From IMG/VR virus record IMGVR_UViG_3300033121_001571: a stretch of DNA of 64,000 nucleotides. The stretch is one strand, 5' to 3'. Position numbers and translations under genes: made by a program. Source of the stretch: a virus. Its lineage: Duplodnaviria > Caudoviricetes. The notes below the pieces were generated by a model. The model had not been told where the DNA came from, did not search any database, and saw only the letters and a list, made by a program, of their open reading frames with translations. Positions 9,612 through 18,245 of this stretch are shown one piece after another (the stretch's first letter is position 1; each line of letters opens with the position of its first letter).

Positions 9612-9774
9612 AAACTTTTTTGTGTTCCAAACCCATAAGAAGCCAGTTGTTTAGTTTGTAGCCAAAAAACATAAAGACAAAATAGTGTTTAAACCAGTCT
9701 TTGTCTTCGAAGACATAGTTGCTTACTGGTTTTAGAGCTACAACACACAAGTCTCCGACTTTTATGTTTTTCAT
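9544..9774 (-). CDS. xGD-family small protein (GDLC subfamily)
   Basis: IKVGDLCVV. Confidence 0.75.
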   Translation of the reverse strand: MKNIKVGDLCVVALKPVSNYVFEDKDWFKHYFVFMFFGYKLNNWLLMGLEHKKVFELIQNGSCLVKIDSHTERLEE

Positions 9775-9802
9775 TTCGCTTAAATCGAAATGTCTTTGAT
9801 CT

Positions 9803-10027
9803 TTAACAGGTGATTTTAGTTATTTGATGCTTAACAACTGGACATCTGCCACCCGGAGGAAACAAGTATAAGACTTCACAATAAAGATCATTGACAATTT
9901 TAAGAATCATGACAACGTTCCTGCTAAAGTAACCTCTTGGAAAAGGTGAATCTAACGTTGTCCACAAGACTATCTCTCCAACTTCTATGTTCTGTTGTTT
10001 TTTGTCTCTCATTTCTTGAATAACCAA
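9803..10027 (-). CDS. xGD-family small protein
   Basis: IEVGEIVLWTTL. Confidence 0.7.
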   Translation of the reverse strand: MVIQEMRDKKQQNIEVGEIVLWTTLDSPFPRGYFSRNVVMILKIVNDLYCEVLYLFPPGGRCPVVKHQITKITC

Positions 10028-10284
10028 TTTGTGCTTGACGTTACACCTTTGATGTTATTGCTTAAATAGCAAGTGTCATAACACTCTTCTCTACGCAGTT
10101 TGTGAAGATGACACAAAAAAACTTCTTTTACACGTGCTTTGCGTTTAGCGATGAGATTATTCAGAGATAAGACTTTACACTTGAGATCACCAACTTCAAT
10201 GACAAACACAAGTGCGTCAACAGCGTCCTTTACAGTTAGAGGAGAAAGATAGTGCAATGAAACTAGATCACCAGCTTTTATCAT
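10009..10284 (-). CDS. xGD-family small protein
   Basis: IKAGDLVS. Confidence 0.7.
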   Translation of the reverse strand: MIKAGDLVSLHYLSPLTVKDAVDALVFVIEVGDLKCKVLSLNNLIAKRKARVKEVFLCHLHKLRREECYDTCYLSNNIKGVTSSTNWLFKK

Positions 10285-10346
10285 CTTACTTTGTTCTTAA
10301 GAGCAATAATGCACAATGAACTGATTAAATCGTCTGTCTTGAAACA

Positions 10347-10580
10347 TCACTTAACGAAGATCACACTGTCAATAGAGTGCAACACTCTGTTGTACACAGA
10401 AAAAGTTTCGTTCCTCATGTCTAACACGAAGAAAAAAACGTCCGAAAGAGCATCCGGATCTTTACACAAGACCACAACTAGTCTACCGTGGAGATCTTCT
10501 GAGCAATTTGTCACGGGCGCTCCAGATGACAGCAAACACAAGTCTCCGACTTTGATCTCGTTATCTTTCATCTTTTGCAC
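10347..10580 (-). CDS. xGD-family small protein (GDLC subfamily)
   Basis: MKDNEIKVGDLCL. Confidence 0.75.
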   Translation of the reverse strand: MQKMKDNEIKVGDLCLLSSGAPVTNCSEDLHGRLVVVLCKDPDALSDVFFFVLDMRNETFSVYNRVLHSIDSVIFVK

Positions 10581-10788
10581 TTTTAATGGCTATCTCTTCA
10601 AGAGGGCGTAAATAACTTACGTACTCATTAAAAACCCTCCCGTGCATGTCTACTAAGACGCACCGACCGTTCTTCTTTTTACGCAAAAACATGACCAAAT
10701 ATTCAAAAACGAAATCTACTGTGATGAGGAACTTCCCGTAAGGAAACAACGCTACAACACACAAGTCTCCTGGTTTAAAGTGTTTCAC
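10561..10788 (-). CDS. xGD-family small protein (GDLC subfamily)
   Basis: FKPGDLCVV. Confidence 0.75.
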   Translation of the reverse strand: MKHFKPGDLCVVALFPYGKFLITVDFVFEYLVMFLRKKKNGRCVLVDMHGRVFNEYVSYLRPLEEIAIKSAKDER

Positions 10789-11081
10789 AGCTCGTCAAAG
10801 TCAAACAAAGAGCGTGAAGCGACATACACAACTGAAGGTCTAAAATCATCTCTAAAATCATAGACTGGTCTACAACCGTCTCTAGGAACGTTCTCAAGCG
10901 CAGGACTCAACACGAGTATGCCTATTAGGCTGTCACGTACGTAGCGTAGCGAAGCGAGGACGGGACAGACGTCCAACACAAGAACTATCTTCCAGTCGCC
11001 AGTCGAACTGTTGATCCAACACATGAGTTTTCCAACGTCACTCTCTTTAACGATTGCTATGGGGAACATCTTTAAACTCAT
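10785..11081 (-). CDS. xGD-family small protein (GKL subfamily)
   Basis: DVGKLMCW, IVLVLD. Confidence 0.7.
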   Translation of the reverse strand: MSLKMFPIAIVKESDVGKLMCWINSSTGDWKIVLVLDVCPVLASLRYVRDSLIGILVLSPALENVPRDGCRPVYDFRDDFRPSVVYVASRSLFDFDEL

Positions 11082-11332
11082 GACAAGGCAATCTTAACCA
11101 ACTTGTGACTCTTACGTCGTGGTTGCCACGATTTCACTCTGATCTTTGCCTCTGCACCCAGTTCTAAAAGAGAACACTGTTTTCTGTTGTTCTTGTAACC
11201 CAAGAAGACGTAGACGCAGTAGTAAAGGTGCCAAAATTCATCAAGTGAATCTCCGTGAGAGATGATGCACAAGTCTCCGATCTTGATCTCTTCACCGTTC
11301 ATCTCTTGAATTTCAGCCCAAACAAGCTCCAC
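11078..11332 (-). CDS. xGD-family small protein (GDLC subfamily)
   Basis: IKIGDLCII, YVFLG. Confidence 0.75.
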   Translation of the reverse strand: MELVWAEIQEMNGEEIKIGDLCIISHGDSLDEFWHLYYCVYVFLGYKNNRKQCSLLELGAEAKIRVKSWQPRRKSHKLVKIALS

Positions 11333-11523
11333 ATCGATACAGTGTGTACTGTTCTATCATCAATCTTAAAGACTTTGTAATAAACACCGTATCCTGTGGT
11401 AACACTGATAATCATCACAATATCAGACATCTGAGGCCTTGCGAACTGCTGAGGTGTAAAGTAACACAAGTTACCCACCTTCAGACCCGAGCTGTCACTC
11501 ATATTGCACTTCACCAAACTCAA
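11299..11523 (-). CDS. xGD-family small protein
   Basis: LKVGNLCY. Confidence 0.7.
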   Translation of the reverse strand: MSLVKCNMSDSSGLKVGNLCYFTPQQFARPQMSDIVMIISVTTGYGVYYKVFKIDDRTVHTVSMWSLFGLKFKR

Positions 11524-11734
11524 GCAAGAAATCTTTGTGCACTACTCTCACTTTGAGAGTGGCAGTGCACAGCACGATAGCACAACTGGTATCACTGTAA
11601 AAAGGGGGGAAAGTATAAGCTCTCAAAAAGACCACAACTCTCAACGTTGGGTTAGCCCAGAGCATCAAGCTTCCCGGGTCTATCTCTCTAGTTCTCGTGG
11701 TCTCGTTTTGAGAGTGTCGTCTTATCACAATCAC
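11495..11734 (-). CDS. xGD-family small protein
   Basis: IDPGSLML. Confidence 0.65.
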   Translation of the reverse strand: MIVIRRHSQNETTRTREIDPGSLMLWANPTLRVVVFLRAYTFPPFYSDTSCAIVLCTATLKVRVVHKDFLLEFGEVQYE

Positions 11735-11743
11735 AAGACTGTC

Positions 11744-11935
11744 CTAGATCAGATCAAACAAGTAAATCATGCTGACTCTGTACACAATGCGCTTGTTAAA
11801 AGAATACACAGTGTACAAGTCACTCTGATGGGACACACGTCCCAAGACAAACACAATGTTCCAATTTTGTCTATGGTCATGTGGAATCTCCTCGTCCATC
11901 AATTTTCCCGGGATTATCAGCATTTTCTTGTCCAA
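11744..11935 (-). CDS. xGD-family small protein
   Basis: IPGKLM, IVFVLG. Confidence 0.65.
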   Translation of the reverse strand: MDKKMLIIPGKLMDEEIPHDHRQNWNIVFVLGRVSHQSDLYTVYSFNKRIVYRVSMIYLFDLI

Positions 11936-12207
11936 TTTACAGGAACATTGTCAAGCGAGACAACGTAATTACGTACATAGACACCGACGTGGAGATTATT
12001 CAAATTTAACACGTAACAGAGTTCATAGTGATTTTTTTTGTGTTTCAACATGCCAAGATAAACACTGAGTGTCTTAGAGAGTTCATCGTTGCTAAAAGGC
12101 GGAACTTTGGTCCCTACGGAGACCACGCACAAATCTCCTACTTTGATCTCGTTATCTTTCATCTTTTGCACTTTTCTTAGTGTCTCCCAACGAACAACGT
12201 CACTCAC
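11917..12207 (-). CDS. xGD-family small protein (GDLC subfamily)
   Basis: MKDNEIKVGDLCVV. Confidence 0.75.
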   Translation of the reverse strand: MSDVVRWETLRKVQKMKDNEIKVGDLCVVSVGTKVPPFSNDELSKTLSVYLGMLKHKKNHYELCYVLNLNNLHVGVYVRNYVVSLDNVPVNWTRKC

Positions 12208-12472
12208 TCTCGGCTGTCAACTGAAATTCAGTGTCAGACAGAGGGAAGTACTTGTGATAAATCTTCATAGTTGTGTCATGAAAAGTTTTCGTCAAGCGTT
12301 CAGAGAGCAAGAAAACTATGATGGAAACGTAGTCAGTGCTCTGTTTGCAAACACACAGAACAATCGCTAAGTTATCTTTGACGTACTCTCGAGAGATCCT
12401 CTGTTGAGGATCAACACGCTCGTCTTTATATCCAAACACCACAAGATCTCCCGGCTTGACCATGACTTTCAC
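12200..12472 (-). CDS. xGD-family small protein
   Basis: VKPGDLVVF. Confidence 0.75.
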   Translation of the reverse strand: MKVMVKPGDLVVFGYKDERVDPQQRISREYVKDNLAIVLCVCKQSTDYVSIIVFLLSERLTKTFHDTTMKIYHKYFPLSDTEFQLTAESE

Positions 12473-12708
12473 TCTTTGCTTTGAAGTGGGAGCTTAACAA
12501 ACTTCCAGTAAAAACGATCCAAGACTCTACGCACTTTAAAAATATTGTCTTCTATGTTAAGAAAACAGTAGTGTTTGTCAGAACCCTGTCGACCCAAGAA
12601 CACGTACACGTACCACAGCGATCGCCAATCTGGATCAGCGTTTGGATCATAGTCACGGTCAACAATCAAACACAAGTCTCCGACTTTGATGTTCTTGTTA
12701 AATTTCAT
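12469..12708 (-). CDS. xGD-family small protein (GDLC subfamily)
   Basis: IKVGDLCLI, YVFLG. Confidence 0.75.
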   Translation of the reverse strand: MKFNKNIKVGDLCLIVDRDYDPNADPDWRSLWYVYVFLGRQGSDKHYCFLNIEDNIFKVRRVLDRFYWKFVKLPLQSKE

Positions 12709-12718
12709 CTTTTGCGAT

Positions 12719-12979
12719 CTAGTTGATGATCACTCTGTGAATAGAGTGAACAACGCGGCGAAAGTGAATCACGACTCTTAATGTTGTCAAATCATATACA
12801 TAACACTTTTGCCAAGCACTCGACTGGGAGACTACAGTGCACAGATAGATCACAAGGCTATTATAAAGATCACCTCTCTGGATGTGTACTTTGTAATAGC
12901 CGTCGACGAGGTCTCTGCGTGCTACAACGCACAAGTCTCCTGGTTTGTGCTGATCGTAGTTCATGTCAGGATCTGACAC
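12719..12979 (-). CDS. xGD-family small protein (GDLC subfamily)
   Basis: HKPGDLCVV. Confidence 0.75.
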   Translation of the reverse strand: MSDPDMNYDQHKPGDLCVVARRDLVDGYYKVHIQRGDLYNSLVIYLCTVVSQSSAWQKCYVYDLTTLRVVIHFRRVVHSIHRVIIN

Positions 12980-12980
12980 A

Positions 12981-13208
12981 CTAGCGTGGGAGCTTAACTA
13001 TCTGAAAGATCTTAGGGTTATAAATCGTACGCACCCACGCACCCTCTGTTTCCAAGATCAAAAGATTGAACTCACTCTTGTTGCTGTTCCAGCCCAAGAA
13101 GACACAGATCGGGTAACGCAAGTGCCAATCTCTTTGAAAAGCAGGACGTTCTCTTGCTCCGGTGCACAAGTCTCCCACTTTGATCTCTTGATCTTTCATC
13201 TTTTGCAC
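12981..13208 (-). CDS. xGD-family small protein (GDLC subfamily)
   Basis: MKDQEIKVGDLC, CVFLG. Confidence 0.75.
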   Translation of the reverse strand: MQKMKDQEIKVGDLCTGARERPAFQRDWHLRYPICVFLGWNSNKSEFNLLILETEGAWVRTIYNPKIFQIVKLPR

Positions 13209-13250
13209 TTTTCTTGGTAGTTTCCCACGCGTTACCCGATCTCGCTCAGT

Positions 13251-13514
13251 CTACAGTTCATCAAGCTCAAACAAGAGATCTACGTTTGCATAGAACACTT
13301 TGTGAGTCGACAGACAGAACACACGACAAGATTCAGACGAATAGATGTCATTAACTCTTGGATCGCTCAAGACAATCACAGTGCTCATGCTCAGTTCTGG
13401 TGTTCGAGGCGCGAGCATCAGCTTCCCTTTGGTGATCGCACTGACTCTGTCTGATCTTGAGACTCCGCTCTGAGAACGTCTGTTAACTAAGTCAAAAACA
13501 ATCTTTGAAAACAC
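13251..13514 (-). CDS. xGD-family small protein (GKL subfamily)
   Basis: ITKGKLML, RVFC. Confidence 0.65.
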   Translation of the reverse strand: MFSKIVFDLVNRRSQSGVSRSDRVSAITKGKLMLAPRTPELSMSTVIVLSDPRVNDIYSSESCRVFCLSTHKVFYANVDLLFELDEL

Positions 13515-13520
13515 GGTGAT

Positions 13521-13718
13521 TTACTCCAAGTCAGACAACTGAGCTGCTTTTGTTGTGAGCACTCTGCGAGTTTCAGTGCAGAACACTCTGTACAGACTGT
13601 CGTCAATAAAATCCAACACAAGAACAGTCGTTCGTGCGTGATCATAGTAAGACACGGTGCCTGGCTGACTAAACCAGCGCATACTCACCAGCTTTCCTCT
13701 AGCTATCGTTGTGATCAA
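13521..13718 (-). CDS. xGD-family small protein (GKL subfamily)
   Basis: IARGKLVS, RVFC. Confidence 0.65.
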   Translation of the reverse strand: MITTIARGKLVSMRWFSQPGTVSYYDHARTTVLVLDFIDDSLYRVFCTETRRVLTTKAAQLSDLE

Positions 13719-14045
13719 ACTTTGACCAGATTTCTGCTCGGGATTTTTTCTGCTCGGGATTTTTTGAGTGCTGCAGATCTGCGTACAACTTGACTTTGCT
13801 CGGGATTTTTTGAGTACAGCGTGTGAAAGCTACTTCTGACTTAACTTTGACCAGATTTCTGCTCGGGATTTTTCTGCTCGGGATTTTTTCTGCTCGGGAT
13901 TTTTTGAGTGCGATGAGCCCTGGCGTCCTCTGCTCTCTAGTTCCCTAGAAAGGTTGCCAGACCCCACCCAGCCCCGGGGCCAAATATGGCCAAATATAAG
14001 GGGCCCCCTGTGGCTGTACACTGACACTAAAACAGGGGGCCTTTT
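13718..14045. repeat. Iteron-like repeat cluster with G/C-tract block
   Basis: TGCTCGGGATTTT at about 13735, 13751, 13797, 13860, 13875 and 13891; ggccaaatat x2; ggggccccc...gggggcc. Confidence 0.85.
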
Positions 14046-14050
14046 GAGGG

Positions 14051-14380
14051 CTAATCTTCGTCCACTGCGTCCATGAAAGCATCGAAGTCTGGACCTTGAA
14101 CGCTGTACCAGCACGCGCCGTACACGAAGTCGAAGATCTCGAGACCCGTCTTCTTGCTCGTGTAAGAGACGCCCTTGACTGTCTCTCCAGCGCTCAAGTT
14201 GATCGTGACAGGGTTGTTCCTTCCGAACATCTTGGTCACTGGACGACCGTCTTCCCAGGTGTCGCGGGTGTACTGAGCTTCGACCTCGACGTCCTCTCCC
14301 AGCGTGCACTCGACGATCGCAGCACCAGAGTTCTTGAGATCTTCGAAGTGCTTCACGAACGCTAACTCTTTGTTCTTCAC
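14051..14380 (-). CDS. phage hypothetical protein, leaderless
   Basis: GTGCAC-17-TACGTT-6-GTG promoter at 14415..14378; high-GC codons. Confidence 0.8.
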   Translation of the reverse strand: MKNKELAFVKHFEDLKNSGAAIVECTLGEDVEVEAQYTRDTWEDGRPVTKMFGRNNPVTINLSAGETVKGVSYTSKKTGLEIFDFVYGACWYSVQGPDFDAFMDAVDED

Positions 14381-14560
14381 GATCTCAACGTACCACGTTG
14401 TTGCACGCCGTGCACTGTAGTTCTCTGTGCAGAGAGTGCATATTGTTTCTCGACGTAGTATGTGTTAAAAATGCTCAAAGACCGATCTCATAACACTATT
14501 GGTGACGGAGTGTGGGCAGCAAGATCTCATCAAATCTCACTAAATAAACTTAGTGAATGT

Positions 14561-14592
14561 TCAAAAAGGGATCTTTGAAAGATCCCTTTTTG
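14561..14592. terminator. Bidirectional terminator-like hairpin
   Basis: caaaaagggatcttt-g-aaagatccctttttg. Confidence 0.6.
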
Positions 14593-14632
14593 CGTTAGTG
14601 CATAATTTGTCTCAAGGTGATACAGTAACTCT

Positions 14633-15265
14633 ATGCCGATCATCAAGTCTCTCAGCGACAACGGTCCCCAAGTCGTGTTGTTCGTCGGGCGGGTCGTCCG
14701 GATCGAGACGGGCACCGAGACGCGGAACTGTTCGGACACTCTGGACTTCACCGACTTCCAGTCGGTGAACGTCACCTACGCTCTCGTCTACATCGACGAG
14801 ACGCTCGTTCCTCTCTCGAGCGCCGAGAGAGAGTACACCAAGTACGCTCGTCACGAACACGGTGACAAGTTCGTGCGGGTCGACTGCACGAACATGTTCG
14901 TCTGGCGTGGTTCTCCCAGCATGACGCCCGTCGTCGACGAAATGGAGTGTACGGTCTTCGCCTCTACGTGGAAGAAGGATCTCGAGACTCGAGACGCTCT
15001 GAAACTCGAGGCCGAAGTGAAGGCGCAGCAGCTCCAGGAAGAGCGGCGCCGACTCGCTATCGAGGAACACGCTCGAAAGCTCGCTAACGTTCCGGTCCTG
15101 GGCAAGCAGATGCGAGTCGCTCGCGGGCGCAAGGTCAAGGTCGGGACGGAGGGCACCGTAGCGTTCATCCGGGGTGACAGCGTCCTCCTGAAGGAGGACA
15201 CGGTCTGGCGTGACCGCAAGGCACAGGGCGTCTGGGTGCCCGCTTCGTACCTCGAAGCTCGCTAA
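14633..15265 (+). CDS. phage hypothetical protein with C-terminal SH3-like domain, leaderless
   Basis: GTGCAT-17-TACAGT-6-ATG from 14598; C-terminal RVARGRKVKVGTEGTVAFI. Confidence 0.85.
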   Translation: MPIIKSLSDNGPQVVLFVGRVVRIETGTETRNCSDTLDFTDFQSVNVTYALVYIDETLVPLSSAEREYTKYARHEHGDKFVRVDCTNMFVWRGSPSMTPVVDEMECTVFASTWKKDLETRDALKLEAEVKAQQLQEERRRLAIEEHARKLANVPVLGKQMRVARGRKVKVGTEGTVAFIRGDSVLLKEDTVWRDRKAQGVWVPASYLEAR

Positions 15266-15281
15266 GTCATTCACTGTTGTT

Positions 15282-15317
15282 GTTCAAGAGTTGGTGGTTC
15301 CCCACCAACTCTTGAAC
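15282..15317 (+). terminator. Terminator-like hairpin
   Basis: gttcaagagttggtgg-ttcc-ccaccaactcttgaac. Confidence 0.65.
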
Positions 15318-15421
15318 TCATTTTGACACTAGAGAACCCGTGTCAACGCTCTGGAACTCCTCGCAAGTTAACGTTTTTCTCAAACATAGTAGATTCAGTC
15401 AGAGAGGAGGACTAACGAGCT

Positions 15422-15592
15422 GTGAAGAGATGGGAACATCCCAATCCGAAGTGGGACTGCGTCTGGAACGCATGGTTCATGTTCCGCGCTTCTCAGACTC
15501 TTCGCGAGGCTTCTTACTGGCTCAGCGAGTTCCAGGCCAGGCGGCGTAGGGTCAAGGGAGTGAACATCGCTGAACAAGTAGTTAGGATCTAA
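15422..15592 (+). CDS. small Trp-rich hypothetical protein (not in ORF track)
   Basis: GTTAAC-17-TAGATT promoter at 15367, SD GAGGAGG, reads MKRWEHPNPKWDCVWNAWF... Confidence 0.55.
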   Translation: MKRWEHPNPKWDCVWNAWFMFRASQTLREASYWLSEFQARRRRVKGVNIAEQVVRI

Positions 15593-16024
15593 AACAGAGG
15601 AAACAGATCATGTCGCAACCCTTTTACCCCCTGCGAAACTGCAGAGGGAAGATCGACGACGCTGAGGGGGAAATCCGACGTGCCGTGTACCCGTTGGAGA
15701 TGTGGTTGGTCTACGACAAGGTCGAGCCCCCGTACTGGGAGATGGTGGAGATGTCGTCCACCCCCACCCTCACAGACGATCGTCGTGCAAGCGTGTACCT
15801 AACTCAGCGCGAGGGCGTCTGGCGAAGTGTGGCGTACGGGACGGGTCTTGTGGGTACCCACAAGACCTTACGGGAGGCCATGTTCTACGCCGAAGAAAAC
15901 GCGCGCGTTTTCTTCGACTGAAGAGTAGAAACAGGAGACATGGTTGAGGCGGCGTAGGGTCAAGGAGTGAACATCGCTGATCCGATAGTTAGAATCTAGA
16001 ACGGAGGAAACAGATCATGTCGCA
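15538..16024 (+). repeat. ~80-bp direct repeats (gene end + promoter + SD + start) flanking ORF 15610..15921
   Basis: aggcggcgtagggtcaagg(g)agtgaacatcgctga...gaggaaacagatcatgtcgca at ~15538-15617 and ~15946-16024. Confidence 0.85.
15610..15921 (+). CDS. phage hypothetical protein
   Basis: Own promoter (15560) and SD GAGG. Confidence 0.8.
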   Translation: MSQPFYPLRNCRGKIDDAEGEIRRAVYPLEMWLVYDKVEPPYWEMVEMSSTPTLTDDRRASVYLTQREGVWRSVAYGTGLVGTHKTLREAMFYAEENARVFFD

Positions 16025-16241
16025 CCGTGCTCGAGTCTACCACAACATCGAGAGTCTGGCTCGTATCACCCACGCTCGCCGGGCTCGTCGTCGGTGGAAG
16101 CTCCACGTGGAGAAGCACGGGAACGTCCCTCTGGTCGACAAGTGTTCGATCTGTCGCGAGCACGACGCGAAGAGCACTCCGAGGCGCTACCTGGAAGGCG
16201 AGGCGCGCATTCCCAAGCGCGTCCGCGATCTCACGGAGTGA
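16017..16241 (+). CDS. small basic hypothetical protein with CxxC
   Basis: Own promoter (15967), SD GGAGG; stop TGA lies in the next -35 box. Confidence 0.75.
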   Translation: MSHRARVYHNIESLARITHARRARRRWKLHVEKHGNVPLVDKCSICREHDAKSTPRRYLEGEARIPKRVRDLTE

Positions 16242-16272
16242 ATAGACGACCCAATTGGGATAGATTGGGTTC

Positions 16273-16632
16273 ATGAAGACCACCACCAAGAAGCGTCTCA
16301 CCAAGAAGCGTCTCGCCGAGTCCAGCATGGAAGAACTCGTGTGGGACCTGTGGAGTTCCTACTCGGAGTCGGACGTCGACGGCGTCTGTGGAGTTCTTCC
16401 CTGTTGGGGTCCCTACTCCGACGAGAACGGCGAAGATATCGATCAGGACAAGGCGCGTGAAACGTTGAAGGAGACGATCAGGAACAAGTCTCACCTCAGC
16501 GAAAGTGCACTCGACGATGTCCTGTTCTCGATCGAGGCGCTCCGGGAACGCACTTCCTACGACGAGCGATGGGTTGCGAAGAACGTGAAGAACTGGACGA
16601 TCATCCTTTTGGATGACCAGAAGTCCCAGTAA
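16273..16632 (+). CDS. phage hypothetical protein, leaderless
   Basis: GTGAAT-17-TAGATT-6-ATG from 16238. Confidence 0.8.
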   Translation: MKTTTKKRLTKKRLAESSMEELVWDLWSSYSESDVDGVCGVLPCWGPYSDENGEDIDQDKARETLKETIRNKSHLSESALDDVLFSIEALRERTSYDERWVAKNVKNWTIILLDDQKSQ

Positions 16633-16703
16633 AGTCCAAGTCCTAAACTCGACCTGAGTTAACATTCTCTCTGGTTGGGATATAGTTGTCTCAACCAGAG
16701 AAA

Positions 16704-16757
16704 AGGTCGAAACCCCCGCAAGGGGGTCGCACCGTCACGCGGTGCCTGACGAGACCT
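16704..16757 (+). ncRNA. Type II hammerhead ribozyme
   Basis: AGGUC-GAAA-CCCCC(GCAA)GGGGG-UC^-GCACCG(UCACG)CGGUGC-CUGACGA-GACCU: all core nucleotides and three perfect stems. Confidence 0.93.
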
Positions 16758-16767
16758 GAAGGTGAAC

Positions 16768-17010
16768 ATGAACCAGATTCTCAACGAGATCTTGTTTGGT
16801 CTGTTGCGCCGTCACGCTCCCGATCGTAAGCGATACCTCTTCTTGCGGATCGAAGATCCCTCTGGCGCGGTGACGTTCTCTGTCGTCCCCGTGGATGACC
16901 GCAGCGTTCACCCGATGCACATGATGGAGTCGATGATCGGGTGGCAGAACGATGACTGGGACGCTCAGGTGGCGCTCTCTCGTCGAGTCACCGTAGAGCG
17001 TCGTTCCTGA
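16768..17010 (+). CDS. hypothetical protein downstream of the hammerhead
   Basis: SD-like GAAGGTG before the ATG; promoter GTTAAC-17-TATAGT at 16658. Confidence 0.7.
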   Translation: MNQILNEILFGLLRRHAPDRKRYLFLRIEDPSGAVTFSVVPVDDRSVHPMHMMESMIGWQNDDWDAQVALSRRVTVERRS

Positions 17011-17248
17011 CAGTCACTCTGCGAGATTTCTCGCGAAGAGCTTTCTCTGCAGTTTTTCTCTTCGCGTGCAAGAGGTACACGATGTAAGCGCGTGACCGTA
17101 TGAGCGCCGGGGCGAGCGACATGTCTGTGATTATCTGTTCGATCGCTCGAAGACGTGCCACGTAGCTCTGCCTCAGAGCGACTTCTATGTCCAAGAGATC
17201 TTGGAGATCTTGCTTGATGAAGCGCGAGACGTGGTACCAAAACTTCAC
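16988..17248 (-). CDS. hypothetical protein
   Basis: SD AGGAG upstream. Confidence 0.65.
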   Translation of the reverse strand: MKFWYHVSRFIKQDLQDLLDIEVALRQSYVARLRAIEQIITDMSLAPALIRSRAYIVYLLHAKRKTAEKALREKSRRVTVRNDALR

Positions 17249-17457
17249 TTTGTCTCCTTTGGTGTCACGTTTAGATCACTCCCACATCAGAGCACGCCAG
17301 ACTACGTCTGCGTACATGTACGCGATGAAGAATAGCACGAGGAACGCTACGAACCCACCGGGTTCATAACCTCCACGGAAGAATCTGTTTCTTGTGTCAA
17401 GAGGCTCCGCCAGCGGAGGTCCTGATCGAGATCCAGTTCCTGAGCCTCGAGCGAGAA

Positions 17458-17760
17458 TCACTGCTTCCACCCAAACGCGGCCGCGACTGCAACCACTGCT
17501 GTGAGCAAGAAGATCCACGTCAGGACCACTCTGCGATAGCGAGCGTCTGCTCGCTCGTTCGCAGCAATGACTTCATCGAGTCCCATCAAAGGGCACGGTT
17601 CATAGGGAGCGATAATGGGCGGGGGTGGCGGAGCTCGTCTCCCGTAACGTCTCTTGTGCTCTGGCACTTTGTGGACTACGTACTCACAGTCTTCACAGCA
17701 CACGTGATCGCTAGAGCGAGACGTTGCCTCGCCACAGTGTCGACAACGTGCTTCAGTCAT
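17458..17760 (-). CDS. Zn-finger-like protein with C-terminal TM helix
   Basis: CRHC...CEDC, Pro-rich linker, hydrophobic C-terminus. Confidence 0.6.
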   Translation of the reverse strand: MTEARCRHCGEATSRSSDHVCCEDCEYVVHKVPEHKRRYGRRAPPPPPIIAPYEPCPLMGLDEVIAANERADARYRRVVLTWIFLLTAVVAVAAAFGWKQ

Positions 17761-18220
17761 GATCCCATTCTTCGACTTTAAAGCCCTCCGCAGTCGCGAC
17801 GACGAGCACGTGGTCACCGAACACGTCAAGCAGGACTTCGTCACACCTGTAGCACGCGGCTTCGAGGGCCTCGAACTCCTTCACCAGCTTCTTCTCGGCG
17901 GGCGTACCCTTCTTGTGATCGAAGAACCCAGACGCGCACCCGTCACCGTGACAGTACTCTTCAGTGTTGTCTTTGAGATTGATGTCTGACCTGACCTGAC
18001 TGGGATCGATCTTCAACTCAAATGTGTTGACAGAGAACGTGCAGGCTTCTCCGTCGTTCCAGTACGGCGTGTACTGAGTCCACATGACCGCTTTGGCCAT
18101 AGGGTTCTCAGAGAAGAACTCCTTGAATGCGTTCTTAAGTACAGACTCCCCCTCGCGTATATACTTCTTGCGAGCCTCTTCGATTTCCTCCGCAAGCTTC
18201 TCCATCTTATTCGTTAACAA
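17753..18220 (-). CDS. conserved phage protein (TQYTPYWNDG motif), neighbour of the DUF6915-like gene
   Basis: WTQYTPYWNDGEACTF; SD AGGAG. Confidence 0.75.
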   Translation of the reverse strand: MLTNKMEKLAEEIEEARKKYIREGESVLKNAFKEFFSENPMAKAVMWTQYTPYWNDGEACTFSVNTFELKIDPSQVRSDINLKDNTEEYCHGDGCASGFFDHKKGTPAEKKLVKEFEALEAACYRCDEVLLDVFGDHVLVVATAEGFKVEEWDHD

Positions 18221-18245
18221 GCTCTTTGTCTCCTTTGTCTAGTGT

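Larger units (their letters stand above)
140..13718 (-). other. Left tandem array of ~40 small (K/R)xGD[LI][VIC] paralogs (predicted SH3/KOW-like beta-barrels) with a few unrelated genes interspersed
   Basis: Consecutive 60-180 aa minus-strand ORFs with overlapping stop/start; N-terminal KVGDL/KPGDL-type motif followed by a hydrophobic strand. Confidence 0.85.

Noticed and set aside
9743-13212. Diversity-generating retroelement
   Set aside because: No reverse transcriptase in the window, and no template/variable repeat pair with adenine-specific mismatches was seen.
13718-13910. CRISPR array
   Set aside because: The repeats are ~13-16 bp and directly tandem, without unique spacers.
15340-15549. 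tmRNA tag-like ORF ending in AA*
   Set aside because: No tRNA-like domain; an SD-led ORF in another frame (15422..15592) explains the region.
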